A DNA stretch of 63,812 nucleotides, filler included, from Reticulomyxa filosa (Eukaryota > Protista > Foraminifera): the NCBI GenBank assembly GCA_000512085.1. It is 24 parts of 24 records of this genome, joined end to end, with 100 filler letters (N's around TTAATTAATTAA, not from the genome) between each part and the next. Parts side by side here need not be neighbours in the genome. Positions count along the whole stretch, not along the records: positions 51,588 to 59,450 come from ASPP01000045.1; positions 59,551 to 61,374 come from ASPP01023749.1; positions 61,475 to 62,712 come from ASPP01000623.1; positions 62,813 to 63,812 come from ASPP01043625.1; 20 more parts are not named here. One strand, 5' to 3'. The notes beneath the pieces were generated by a model. It was not told where the DNA came from. It saw only the letters and a program-made list of their open reading frames with translations, and did not search any database. Shown here piece by piece: positions 52,249-63,812 of this stretch; the first letter of the stretch is position 1, and each line of letters starts with the position of its first letter. The translations under genes were made by a program, and so were the position numbers.

Positions 52249-54150
52249 CGAGGCTGCCGCTATAACATAAAAACTCTAGTTAAAACAAGTCCAGCAATTG
52301 AGCACCCCCTTTTTTGCTCTTACCAGAAACAACAAAAAGGGTCGAAAATATCAATAAACTAGATTAAACGTGAAATGCCACTTTGAAAGTACTTAATCAG
52401 ATAAAAACAGTATGGCTAGAAATAAACATTATTTGAAGACAATTTTTACATTTCAAAAAAATTTACTGCAAGTGATACAATTTTTGTAAACGATATTTTT
52501 GAGATTTAAAAATGTCTTGTACACAATTTCGAAAATACACATTACAAATTTCATCTGATAAAAAAGGTCGTTAAAAAGGGTCTAGTTTCATTTTTTTTAT
52601 TTTTTCATTTATCATCATATCTAATTATGTTTTTTCAACTGAACATACATGACGCTTACAAAAGCCACTCAACTGTCACAAATGCGGTCATGTTGTATGT
52701 ACATGAATTGCTTAGTAGTTACGACAAATTATATATTTTGTACAAAATCCATTAATTTGCCAACAACTGCGAAATTTTGCTTTTTTCACATTGAGAGCTA
52801 CATAAAAAAATTAACCTATTAATTACTCATGATGTGTTACACTTAGTTCTTTGCAAGCAGTTCAAAAGTTTTTCTTAGAAAATATTTCTACTAATTTAGG
52901 CTAACTGTATTTTGGTCACTAAAAATTGAAATCTTATTTTTCAATCTATTTTTTCAAACAAATTTCAGCTAACAAGTCATTCACTGTGACACTTGGGAAG
53001 TCGGACATTTGATTTTATAACTGTTCAAAGACTTTCAAATGGAAGATATGTTGTATGTCGATTACATATTTGCGTTTATTTGTACTATGCAGATTTTCTA
53101 TTTCATGCACTTTTTTGTATTACGGAAGAGTTGTATTAGCGCTACTGTGAGACAAACAAATCTTCATTGTAATTGCAAAGCATTGCAGGTGATCATATAA
53201 TATAATATTCAAACTGTTCAAACCAAAGAACAAAAAAAATTTTCATTTGCATTGATTTTATTAATTGTTTCAATTTTTTTTCGGCTTGCAGTGGAAACAG
53301 GTGTTTTCGTTCGAATAGCAAAAAAAAAACCAGAAACAAAAAAGTTTGTTCCATAAGCGGACTGGAAAAACACTACATACAGCTGCAAAAAAAAGTAGAA
53401 AACATAGAAACGTTAGGTTTGTTGTGCCAGATGAACATGAAACAACAACATTTTATAGGCTGAGATAATATCACAAATCACCAGTCTCGCAAATAAGCGC
53501 TTTAAAAATTATTGTTAAATGTATTGCAGGTTTCACGTGTTTATCAAAGTTCATATTTTAGTCTTGTTTTTCACCAACGTTACAATATTTGAAAAAGTGT
53601 CTCAAAATACTGTCAGTACGTCAAGGAACCAGTATCTTTGATGTACCGATGGAACAAGAGCGGTAGTAGCATCACTTTTCGTTTGTTGTTGCTGTAGTGT
53701 TTCAGTTTGAATTTCCAATAAAGTATAAATTGGGCCTTCTTATTGGAAGTGTTTTCATCATCTTCTTCCAATATTTGTACTTCGTCTAATGCTTGGTCTG
53801 ATGATGTGGATCCTATGGCTATCACCGTGGCTGCCGCTGTCGATGTGTCTGCTGTTTTTGCTGTCACTGTTGTAATACTTACGAACAATTTTCAAAAAAT
53901 CAGCCACTGCAATCACTTTTGTTTGACTTGTGCAAGATCACACATATATTTAAACATATATGTACGTATGTATGTATACATAATATATACGTTAAAAAAA
54001 AATACCTTTCGATTGTTAGTCAATCCAACTCGATCACTGACGACATAGTTACGAGTAGTTGAGTGGGTATGGGCCACCATAGTGATTTCTTTTTACGATC
54101 TTGCCACTTGCCAGATCATCGACGGTCGGTTCACGGTCATGTTGTCTACT

Positions 54151-54373
54151 TGTAGGGAAAGTCTCTATTATAAATCCCCAACTACTAACGGAACGGTGGG
54201 ACCCCCAGTGGGTTAAAACCCTCTTCTCAACACAACTCACTTTTCTCTCGTTGTACTTGTTTCTTTCATTTTAGTTGTTATTATTCTTTTTTAATTTACT
54301 TTCTTTTACTGAAGTTGTTCTTTTGGAACTAAGTTCCTTTCGTATTACACTTAGTCTTCTCACAAATCCCACA
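54151..54373 (-). mobile_element. LTR copy 3 (223 bp), no matching TSD
   Basis: Reverse complement of copies 1 and 2, end to end; flanks TACT and CTTG differ. Confidence 0.85.
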
Positions 54374-54769
54374 CTTGTGAGAATTATTTTCTTAGTTCAT
54401 TTTTGTTTTACTTAATTTGGTAAAAGTTACTTTCGTATTACACTTAAGCCGTACTCACTTTTCCTATAAATAAAAATGCAATATTTGTAAAGATTAATTT
54501 TAGATGTTTTTTTTGGGATCGATAGACTTTCAATTATTAAAACAATAAAATAAATGTTTGTAAAAACGAGTTGATGAGCATGGGAGAAGAGTTCAATCAT
54601 CTGCTAAGAGTTGTTTTGTTTTTGAAAGATTTCAAGCTTCAATAGCATGTTGGATTCGAAATCGAAGCAAAAGAAAAGAAAAAAAAGGACATTTTAAAAA
54701 GATATTTGGTTTTGTGAAATTGTTTTCAATCAAATTTCCTGTGACAAACAGTATTTTAAAAAAAAGAAT

Positions 54770-56833
54770 TCAGCATTCATTGCAAACTTTGCATTGCTGA
54801 ATCGGATAGCAATAATAGTAACAAGTATCAACAACGCGTCCATTAGGTCTCCCTTTTTTATGAAACATTTCAGACCTTGGTTTGGGATGCTTGGCAGTGC
54901 GAAAAATTGTTTCGCAAGTCTGTGCATCTGGACGATTAGAAGAAGCTGAAAATACTGCATAAAATTCAGAGATAGTGAACCATTTTATGTTTAAACCATT
55001 TTCAGTTATGCAAGATGTGATTTCCGTGATTGTGCCTTCGTGTTCACTGAGATAAGATGAAGACGAGCAATACTCCAGTTCGTTTTTATTTTTCTTTGTT
55101 TCTTTTTCTAGGTTATTGCAAAATACTTTCATGTCGTCCATAAACTTGTCAAGTGCAGAACAGGCTGCTTCTTTTTCTTCTTGCTCCCAACTATACTCAT
55201 TCTTGGATCCCCATTTTGAGCTGAGCTGTCTTTCAATTCGATTCTTCACCGACTGCCAACTCGTGGCCATGAAGCACAAACCCAGCGCATAGATATTATA
55301 CAATTTCTCACATTTTTCGTGTATTTCTTGCTTTGTCAGAGCCAATTTTTTTGTTTTTCAAATTGTAAAAACACTGTTCCATCAGTTTCTTTGCTATTTC
55401 ATCAGATAGGTCGCGTTTGTGTCCTTGACTATGTTGATGTCTTGCAAAAAGCGTGACGTCTTTAATATCCGTCTTTCCTTCTTCCCCTCCTTTTTTTTTT
55501 TGGGTATATTGTCTATGCCTTCTCGTCTGCAAGGAGAAGGGAGAAAGGAGAAGAAAAAAAAAAAACAAACTGAAAGAATTAAAAATAAATTCAATTAGTG
55601 AAATTGCTTTCTTGTCAATTATTCCCAATGCACCTTCACATCCGTCAAACAATTCTCGCAGTGTCTTAAATTTTGTCTCCATATTTCCTAAAAAGGTGAT
55701 ATAATAACAATAATCAAATTAATTCGGACCAAAGAACAAGTGTGTTTCCCCCCCTCCACTTTCTCCTTTTTTTTTTTTTAACGTATAATGAGATTATCCA
55801 AAATACTGAAGTCTTCTAAGCCAGGCTTTTGTTTGTAATGACTGATGTCTTTTGGATATACCAAACATTCGGATTGGTTTTGCAGATAAGGCTCAATGAT
55901 GACCACAGAATTCACACCGTCATGCATCGATTGTATGTTTTGTATCATCGTTTTGAAAAATTGTCGAATGATATCCAATGCAAGAATTGGGGTATCGAGA
56001 TCGGCTTGCAATTGATGAAATAAACTAACACAAATGATTTCCAAAGAGTTATTGGAAAGATGGTGCTTACCGTTCATTACAACACGTTGCCACACTTTCA
56101 AAAACAACACTGCCAATCGAGTGTTTTTTCCAACCAGACTCTCTCTCATGTAATATACACGTAGCAATGATAGCGACGCTGACATGTTCTTTTCTAAAAA
56201 GCTTTTCCATTGTTTTTGCTTTGCCATATTTGTAATATGTCTTTTATGTGTCGGTGCTTCCTCGATCAAATCATTGGCAGTACTTTGCAATTGCTCCATT
56301 GAAAATGGATACACATGAACATTGCTTTGGGTGTAATGAAATTCACAATATTGTCTTTTCGAAAAAGTCCATGCTATTGCAATATGATATTCCAATCCTT
56401 TCCAATTGATTTTCAGCGAAAATTTTGAATGCTTTAATACCTTTATTTTATCTGTACACAGTTCTTTCTTTATTTTATCAATCGATTGCTTAACCCATTT
56501 GAGAATACCAACATGTTGCTTTTGAAGCGAATCAATGTTTTGACGAGCTACATACTTTTCTTTCAAATGATATAAGAATACTAAATATCCACAAGATAAA
56601 TTGGGAATTACAAGTTGCTTTTGCACACACCCAGATAGTGTCACTCCGTAAATACGTGAAAATAAACAATTTTTGTCGTAATATGCCGTTTCTTTGTGCT
56701 TGTCTAATAGGCTATTCACAAAGTCATTGGCCTTTTCATAGTACAAAGAAACAGCTTCAGATGAGTTTAGATCTTGGATCTTCGCTTCCAATAATTTCTG
56801 AGATTCCAAGTCATTCTGCTTTTCTTCTGTCAT
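54770..56833 (-). CDS. OAS/CD-NTase-fold (Pol-beta superfamily) pseudo-nucleotidyltransferase with an unknown C-terminal domain
   Basis: 351-codon exon with an OAS-like motif order (see findings). In-frame GT-AG intron 55782-55688 joins it to ORF 55682. A one-base break in the run at 55346-55352 joins ORF 55345. Confidence 0.7.
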
Positions 56834-58609
56834 CTTTAAATCATTAAATGCGATAATGTAGAAACCGCTCTAGGTTTTTTTTTAAAACTACCGTGGCAGA
56901 ATACTCCGGGATTTTTCAACAAAATTGTGCCGTTTTGTTTGAAAGATGCATAATCTCTCGTTAAAAAGGCTTTTTGGAAACAAAATAAATCCCAAACGAT
57001 GTGCTAGTTTGTAAATTAACAGAAAAAAACGAAATCTTCAATTTATATTGAACAAAAACTATACAATCAACAACCAAAAAAAATGACTCCAAACTCGTCA
57101 TTTCAAAATTTTTAATGAAAAGAAAAAAAAAATGGAACTAAGTCCCCCACTTATGACATGTTATTATGATCAATAACTTGAAAATTTTTTTTAAATCAAT
57201 AACACAATAACTAGCTTACTTGATGGCCACTGGATTAAAAAGAAACAATTTTTTATTTATATAGCAAAACTGGATCATTTTTAAAAAACAGGTTTAAAAA
57301 ATTTAAAAAATGACTAAAAATTGTTGATGAAAAATTTGCGTATTTGCGCTGTTATATTTTGTTTTATGATTATTTTAAAGCATTTAATGATTTAAACATC
57401 CTTTTTTCTTTGCAAATACTACTTAAGCAAAGAAGAGTCCTTTTGAACACTTGAGTTATCAAAAAAAACAAAAAAGAAGGTGAAAAAATTGTCCTCTGTA
57501 ATTTTATAATTGTGATTGAAGTTGTCAAAGGCCACTGGTTGTATACTTTTCAAATAGAAATGCTATCACTTGTTTCTTTTTTAAACTTATGTTTTGTCAA
57601 CAGACATTGTTAATATTGTTGTGTTATTTTTGAAAAACATGTTCAAAAAATAAATCACAATTTTAATTATTACGAATATCAAATATTATTCCTTTTATTG
57701 TATTTTTACAAAAAATGTTGCTCTTATAATAATTTTTTTAATTTAATGCATACGTCATCTAATAAAAAAGGAGGAAAAAAGTTCCTTTTTGAAAATTGTT
57801 GATCATTGTTGAATGTCCATATTGAGTCACATTTTAATTTATTCTTTGATATAACTTTTGTTTGATAAAATAAATCAATAACACAATAACTGATTTATTT
57901 GTTACTTTTTTTTATTAAAAAATCGATTTGTAATTTGACATGGTTATTGAAATTATATAGATTGTTGTGAAACATTTGACGGATTGATTGAAAGAACAAA
58001 AACAAAAAGAAAAACAAGAGCATTGTAATGATATGAAGAGATTAAAAAGATTGGCTGACATGTTGGTGTCAAACAACATATTGTTGCGAAAGAAATGCTA
58101 TAAGGTTATCCAATAGTGCTACAAAGACTCAAGTCAAGTAAAAGGAACAGGTAAAAGAATTGGAGCTAGTAGGAATAATAATGAAAAGCTATTCTCAATT
58201 TGTTGCACCAGTAGTATTTACGCATGTGCATCGACTATCGAGAATTAAACCAAGCAACTATACGTGACTTGAAACAGAATATTGTAATCTAATGGATCGC
58301 TAAAAAAAAATATATACTTGATCATCATCGTATTTCGAAATCGTCGAAGAATTAACTAACTTCAAACAAACAAGAATCTTCAAGAAAAAGTCCGAAAATT
58401 TTTTTAACTAGTGATAAATTTTTTTTTTATAGTAGTTTGATTTTGTGATATTGTGACTGCAGTATCTAGTTGTTCTGTGATTGTCTTCCTTCAAAATAAA
58501 ACTTTTTTTCAAAAGTTTATCTCGATAATGAAGGATGTTTAAATTATTTATTATTTATTTTTTTCAATAGGCTATACTGCAAGCTATGTTGAGACAAAAT
58601 ACACCACAT

Positions 58610-59450
58610 AGAATTGGGTCAAGAATCCAATCTAATGGTAAGGCAGACATGTTAACTACACTTCCGAACATGTCTGCGGAAATTCACAAAGATGCAATTG
58701 ACATTGCAGCACTCAAACATGAAAGAATGCGATCATGTAAAGTATTTTGGATTGTTTCTTGATTCTCACATGACTTATTCCAAGCATGTTAATTAAATCT
58801 ATGGCAAAGCAGCAAGGAAAATTAGATATTTGACATAATTATGTTCATACAAAGGTATTAGACCAAGTTTATCAATATATAATATATTATACAAGACCAT
58901 CATTCGTCAACATTTTGGAATGATGCAGCGGACACACATAAGAGACGATTAGAAAGAATACAAAGAATTGCAATGTGTAGAATTCTTGGTGTAATGAACC
59001 AGACTGCTTATGGAACAATTAATGTTATTTCCAAACTTCATCCTCTTGAATTACGACGAAGACAAGAAGAGGTGGAGTTGTATCACAAATGTGTCAGATG
59101 GTCAGGTCGATTCAATGTGTTGGCATACAAGATTTGAAATGAATCAAGACCAAAGACTAATTTAAATTATATATCATTGATTGGTAAATTATCGACATTA
59201 TACTGTGGATGCATCAATGAAGCTGATGCTGGAATGCCGAAAGTTGAACCAGATTCACATACAATACCAAATATTCCACCAATGCAAATTTCAATGATGC
59301 CACAACCAAATAAATCACCATTTGCGATCTTCAATGAACCAACATCAGATGAAATTTTGTCGTCATTGGACTTCGATTGCAATGTGATATTTTGTAATGG
59401 AAGTAAGTTCCCGAATCCTGGAATTGGAGGAGCAGGACTTGTCATTCAGG
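58610..59450 (+). mobile_element. LINE relic: RT C-terminus to RNase H start
   Basis: KYFG..LDSHMTYSKHV..YGKAARKL..LYKTIIR..LERIQRIA..ILG..PLELRR; CNVIFCNGS..NPGIGGAG (RNase H first motif, DGS replaced by NGS). Confidence 0.85.
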
Positions 59451-59550
59451 NNNNNNNNNNNNNNNNNNNNNNNNNNNNNNNNNNNNNNNNNNNNTTAATT
59501 AATTAANNNNNNNNNNNNNNNNNNNNNNNNNNNNNNNNNNNNNNNNNNNN

Positions 59551-59800
59551 TACTATGTGATTTGATTCGTGAAAAACTTGGAATGTGATACATGCAATTG
59601 TCTTTGAAAAGATCGAATATTGTTCCCATTTCAAAACCAGATCGAGATCAAAGCTTGACAAGAAATTATAAACATATATCTTTACCATCAGGAGTTAGTA
59701 TATTGATTGAACTAGTCATATTAAAAAGACTAATTTACTATCTTAACCAAAATAACTTGCCGACCCACACTCAAGCAAGCTACCAGTCTTGGCATTTATT
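59551..59800 (+). mobile_element. LINE RT N-terminal fragment
   Basis: KRSNIVPISKPDRD....NYKHISL....LIE..ILKRL..YL......TQASY matches non-LTR RT domains 0-2. Confidence 0.85.
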
Positions 59801-60530
59801 AATGAATTGTCCGCATTATAATTTGTTGCAATGGAGATTGTGGACAAATATACACAAATCGCTCCCAGTTTCTTCATTACCATTCCTGAGTTTCAAAGAC
59901 TTAGTTGTATGAAGAAAAGAATGGCAACGAGAAACCAGGACGGCTGTGGTGAAAGAAACTGCGTTGTTTGTCATTCAAACTAACAGAATAATATGAAATA
60001 ACCTTAACCCAAATAGAACTGGATTATTCTTTTGACACCAAATAATTCAAATATTGAAAATTTTGTCGTTTCCTTGTTTTTGTTTTCTAAGTGCTAATGT
60101 TCAACTTGGACGGGGTACTTTGTTTTTCAACTTGGAGACACTTCGCTAAAAAAAAATCTGCGTTACTGAAAATACTTGTGTTTTTTTGTCAATGTTCATG
60201 ATCTATTCTGCATACTTATGGGAACACTGATTTAGTTTCGAAAATGTAATAAATTGCGCTAGAGTTACGCGCATTGAACATAAGGATTGGAATCATACTT
60301 GTTCATAAAACTTTGGAGCAATAATAGATTAGTTTTCACAATATATCAAACAATAAGAGCCGCTGCGAATGGCATTGGATGGAGTTCGAGAAAAAAAAAA
60401 GTAGTGCTTTAAATTTATGGAAATAGCCAATGTTCGATCAAACAGTTTCGGCAAAAGCACTCATTCAGTCGACACACTAACTTTTTGTACAAAATCTTAC
60501 ACGGCCAAGGTGGCTGTACTGACAGCGCCT

Positions 60531-61303
60531 TCAAGGAAGCATTTTGTCCATGCAATCACTGCAAAGTCTTTTTTTCGTGTTTTCCACCGGCAGCACACCA
60601 TAACCTTTTCCTGCCAATTGAGTTCTGTTCGTTTATATATACATATAATTTTATTTATTGATCGATTTGTTAAAGAAGCCAGAACAAAGACAACCATAAA
60701 TACGTATGAAAAAAGTGAGAAGAAAAATAGTGACAAAGCGCACTTGCAGTTATCACAAGTAAAACAATTCAAATGATACAGCTCTCCAGAGGGTGTCTGT
60801 ACGCCTCTTCCAGCAATCTTTTCTTTGCATTGCAAACACACTCGACCCGGAGAACCCTCTCCATTTGCATTTTGTGCAGCTTTGAGTTGATTAACAAGAG
60901 ATTGGCTACTGCCACCACCTTTTGGCATTTGTTTGAATTGTTTTTCAGTTTGTCTATTTTCTTCTTCAAGTTTTTTCATTTCTTCTTCGTTGTGCTTTTG
61001 CGTGCAAGACGCACAAAAGTGTCGAACCGTACCGTCATCTTTTGTCAACTTGGCGTATTGCTTGCCATTTAGTAATTTCCTTTGTCACATTTTCCCAATA
61101 ATAATAAAAAAAACTTGTATTCTGAATCTGTTTGTGGTCTTGAGTATATGTAAAAAAAAAAAAAGTGTTGTAGCACATTTGCATTGGTATAACTTGCACG
61201 TGTCGCAAACAAAGCATTTGCGATGATACGGGTCTCCATTGGTCGCCTTGAATGCTCTTCCTTCAATCACTTCTTTACATTTCGTGCAATGACGTTCTGG
61301 CTC
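60531..61303 (-). CDS. LIM-domain protein, two LIM domains visible (5' partial)
   Basis: CTKCKEVI...YHRKCFVCDTC/KLLNGKQY...FCASC and CLQCKEKI...YHLNCFTCDNC/TQLAGKGY...LCSDC; stop at 60531. Confidence 0.9.
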
Positions 61304-61711
61304 CTACATTTTGAATATCAACGCAAGAGGAAAGTGAGAGAGAGGGTAGGGGGAAAAAAAAAAAGAAAAGGAAANNNNNNNNNNNNNNNNNNNNNNNNNN
61401 NNNNNNNNNNNNNNNNNNTTAATTAATTAANNNNNNNNNNNNNNNNNNNNNNNNNNNNNNNNNNNNNNNNNNNNTTTAGAAACAAAAATATTTAAATATA
61501 CTTTTTATTATAACAACAATACTTAAAATTTTATACTATATCAATATATTTAATTATTGTTATTTTGAAATATTACATGAAATATATTTTTTATTATTTT
61601 CTTTTATTTAGCAAATATATGTTTTGATATAATATTATCAATCAACAAATACAGTATATAAATTTTAATTTTGTGCATATACAATAAGCAGTATTATATT
61701 AAGTGACATAA

Positions 61712-61792
61712 TACAGTATAATGCAAAATAAAGTTGACACATAAAACGACATCTTATAGAGATAATTGATTTTTACATGAAAAAACAACACT
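61712..61792 (+). mobile_element. Tc1-like terminal repeat (family A)
   Basis: TA|CAGTATAATGCAAAATAAAGTTGACACATAAAA... Confidence 0.7.
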
Positions 61793-61814
61793 CAGACTTA
61801 ATTTTTTAAAAACA

Positions 61815-62712
61815 ATATCTGGATTATCCACTCCTTCACATATCCATCTATTCCATTGCTAGATGATCTTGCGTTCACTAAATGTCAATGAATTCATAAC
61901 AATCTTCTCAAATGATTGTGCTTCCATCAGGTTAGATAAGAAATATCGGGGCATCACATGTCTTGGATTATCCACTCCTTCAAATATCCAATGTATATTC
62001 CATTGCTCTGTGAAATAGGGATTCAATCCACGATTATTCAGGAATGCATTATTTGCAACAAGGTCCACTTTATCATTACCAGGGATTCCAGAATGCCTTT
62101 AATCCAATATATCTGATGGTCTTGTATAATAGATTGTACGTAGATAAACTTGGTCTGACTCCTTTGTATGAGCATAAATATGTCAAATATACAAGTTTCC
62201 TTGCTGCCTTGCCGTATACGTAATTAACATGCTTGGAATACGTCATATGACAATCCAAGATACTTAACATGATCACATTCCTTCATGTTTGATTGATGTA
62301 ATGTTAATTTTATCTTTGGGAATTTCATTTTATTCTGATCAACGATATGCCACATTGAATATGCTGATGGATCACTGTCGGTAGACCATTAATATATAAT
62401 AGGAAAAATATTGGGGATAACGCAGATCCTTGAGGAGCAATACAATCTTCCATATAATTTAAATTCATTTATCATTTTATATCTCAATCCATTTATCATA
62501 TGCAATAACACTGCATAAGTCACTGAATCGCAATCGAAAGATTTATGGATTGTCTCAGCCAATCGCAATAACAATTCTGTATTATGCCACGATTGGAATC
62601 CTGATTGTGTTTGATGCAATAATTTCTTTTCATTTAGCCGCCACATTAATCTCCTTGTGATGATTTTTTTTATCAATTTACTAAAACTTGATAATAGCGT
62701 AATTGGTCGATG
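61815..62712 (-). mobile_element. LINE RT relic with internal deletions
   Basis: RPITLLSSFSKLI..RRL..L....LHQTQSGF...; LDCHMTYSKHVNYVYGKAARKL..RPSLSTYNLLYKTI. Confidence 0.88.
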
Positions 62713-62812
62713 NNNNNNNNNNNNNNNNNNNNNNNNNNNNNNNNNNNNNNNNNNNNTTAATTAATTAANNNNNNNNNNNNNNNNNNNNNNNNNNNNNNNN
62801 NNNNNNNNNNNN

Positions 62813-63354
62813 TGGTAACTGATAAGTGTGAAACTGCAAAGGACATACAAAGAGAACTGGAAAAAACAGACAATATATCCTTACATCACACATAAAAGCT
62901 TCTTTTAAACACAAGCGTGAACGTTTGTTAAATGGATTATTTTTTCTTTACAGTTTGATATCTATGTAATAAAAAACTAAATTCAATATTATATTTAAAC
63001 ACTACACAATTTGTACAGCCAGTAGAATGAAGAAAGAAATTAAAAATGATATTCATTCCATCATCTATCTCGTGGAAGATCAACAATAAAAAATTATATC
63101 TAAGAAAATAAATCGTCAAAACGTTTAACATTTACTATCAATTATATAAATTAGACAATTGAAGAATGGAAGAAAGCATTGTTGTCAGACGAAAGTAAGT
63201 TAAGTGAGATTTTCAAGATGAATGTGAAAAAATACAAGTATAATTTTGTCAGAAATTAATTAGCAGTATGCCAGATAGTGTTTTAGTACCGAATAAAAAA
63301 AAAGGAGGTTATACAAAATAGTAGTGTTTTTAAACATTTTTGACAGTAACTGTA
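62813..63354 (+). mobile_element. Internally deleted Tc1 element with its right end
   Basis: KCETAKDIQRELEK; EEWKKALLSDESK (first catalytic D); CQKLISSMP....KKGGYTK*; terminus ...TTTTGACAGTAACTG|TA at 63352-63354. Confidence 0.8.
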
Positions 63355-63709
63355 ATAATAATTTATTTATTTATTAAATTTGCAAATACATGAAAAGTCA
63401 TTAAAGAAATAACAAACTTACCTCATCAAAGGACAAATGACCGATGTAACGCACGATCCTTGCGCTTTTTTGGCAGATGTTCACGCGACTGCAGACAGTA
63501 ATGTGAAGAAACTACTTTGATTCTGGCGTTGATGTTTATTTTATCACATTGTGTTTACACCCCTTTTTCTTAACATTATTAAATTTATAAAAGGTAATTG
63601 AACAAGATGTTTTTAACTACCTTAATGGTAGTGAAATTACAATTTCAGAAACTTTACGTTGTTTCTTTTCTGCAGTTAATATTCAAATGAATAGTATGAT
63701 CTATAGTGA

Positions 63710-63812
63710 TGTGGACTAAGTGTAATATGAAAGGAATTTAGTTCCAAAAATCAAATTCAGTAAAAAGGAGTAAATTAACAGCAAATAATTACAGCACAAT
63801 AAGGAGAACGAG
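63710..63812 (+). mobile_element. Diverged LTR copy 4 (cut by window end)
   Basis: TGTGGACTAAGTGTAATATGAAAGGAATTTAGTTCCAAAA..TCAGTAAAAAG.AGTAAATTAA aligns to the 5' part of the LTR. Confidence 0.7.

Noticed and set aside
13244-56833. Apparent RNA-decay/immunity cluster (XRN1, TUTase-like, PPR-Smr, OAS-like)
   Set aside because: The genes are on different contigs joined artificially, so co-occurrence is not evidence of linkage.
1-63812. tRNA, rRNA or other structured ncRNA genes
   Set aside because: None recognised by eye; a tRNAscan-SE/Infernal run would be needed to exclude them.

Overview
This window is not one locus. It is 24 short contigs (about 1-8 kb each) joined by 23 identical artificial 100-nt linkers (N-run + TTAATTAATTAA + N-run), so neighbourhood across linkers means nothing. 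The DNA is AT-rich and eukaryotic, with GT-AG introns full of homopolymers and (TA)n/(TATG)n tracts. The WD40, Kelch and PPR paralog styles and the heavy pseudogene load suggest the foraminiferan Reticulomyxa filosa or a relative (inference, not verified). Recognisable genes, mostly partial: a DH-PH-FYVE RhoGEF, epoxide hydrolase, class-3 lipase, XRN1 (5' and 3' parts on different contigs), a Cid1/TUTase-fold protein, a CAP-Gly protein with SPK repeats, WD40, Kelch, PPR-Smr, DUF547, a DUF938/METTL26-like methyltransferase, GH27 alpha-galactosidase, a soluble adenylyl cyclase (ADCY10-like) and a two-LIM protein. Pseudogenes include GH18 chitobiase and an ankyrin-repeat gene. Mobile relics include Tc1/mariner pieces with terminal repeats, an endonuclease-RT-RNase H LINE family, and a 223-bp TG..CA solo-LTR family with 4-bp target-site duplications. 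The best candidate for something new is a spliced OAS/CD-NTase-fold gene (54770-56833, minus) with all three catalytic aspartates replaced and an unknown C-terminal domain. A second pseudo-nucleotidyltransferase, of the Cid1/TUT class, lies at 13914-16524. All family calls come from motif recognition by eye; no searches were run.
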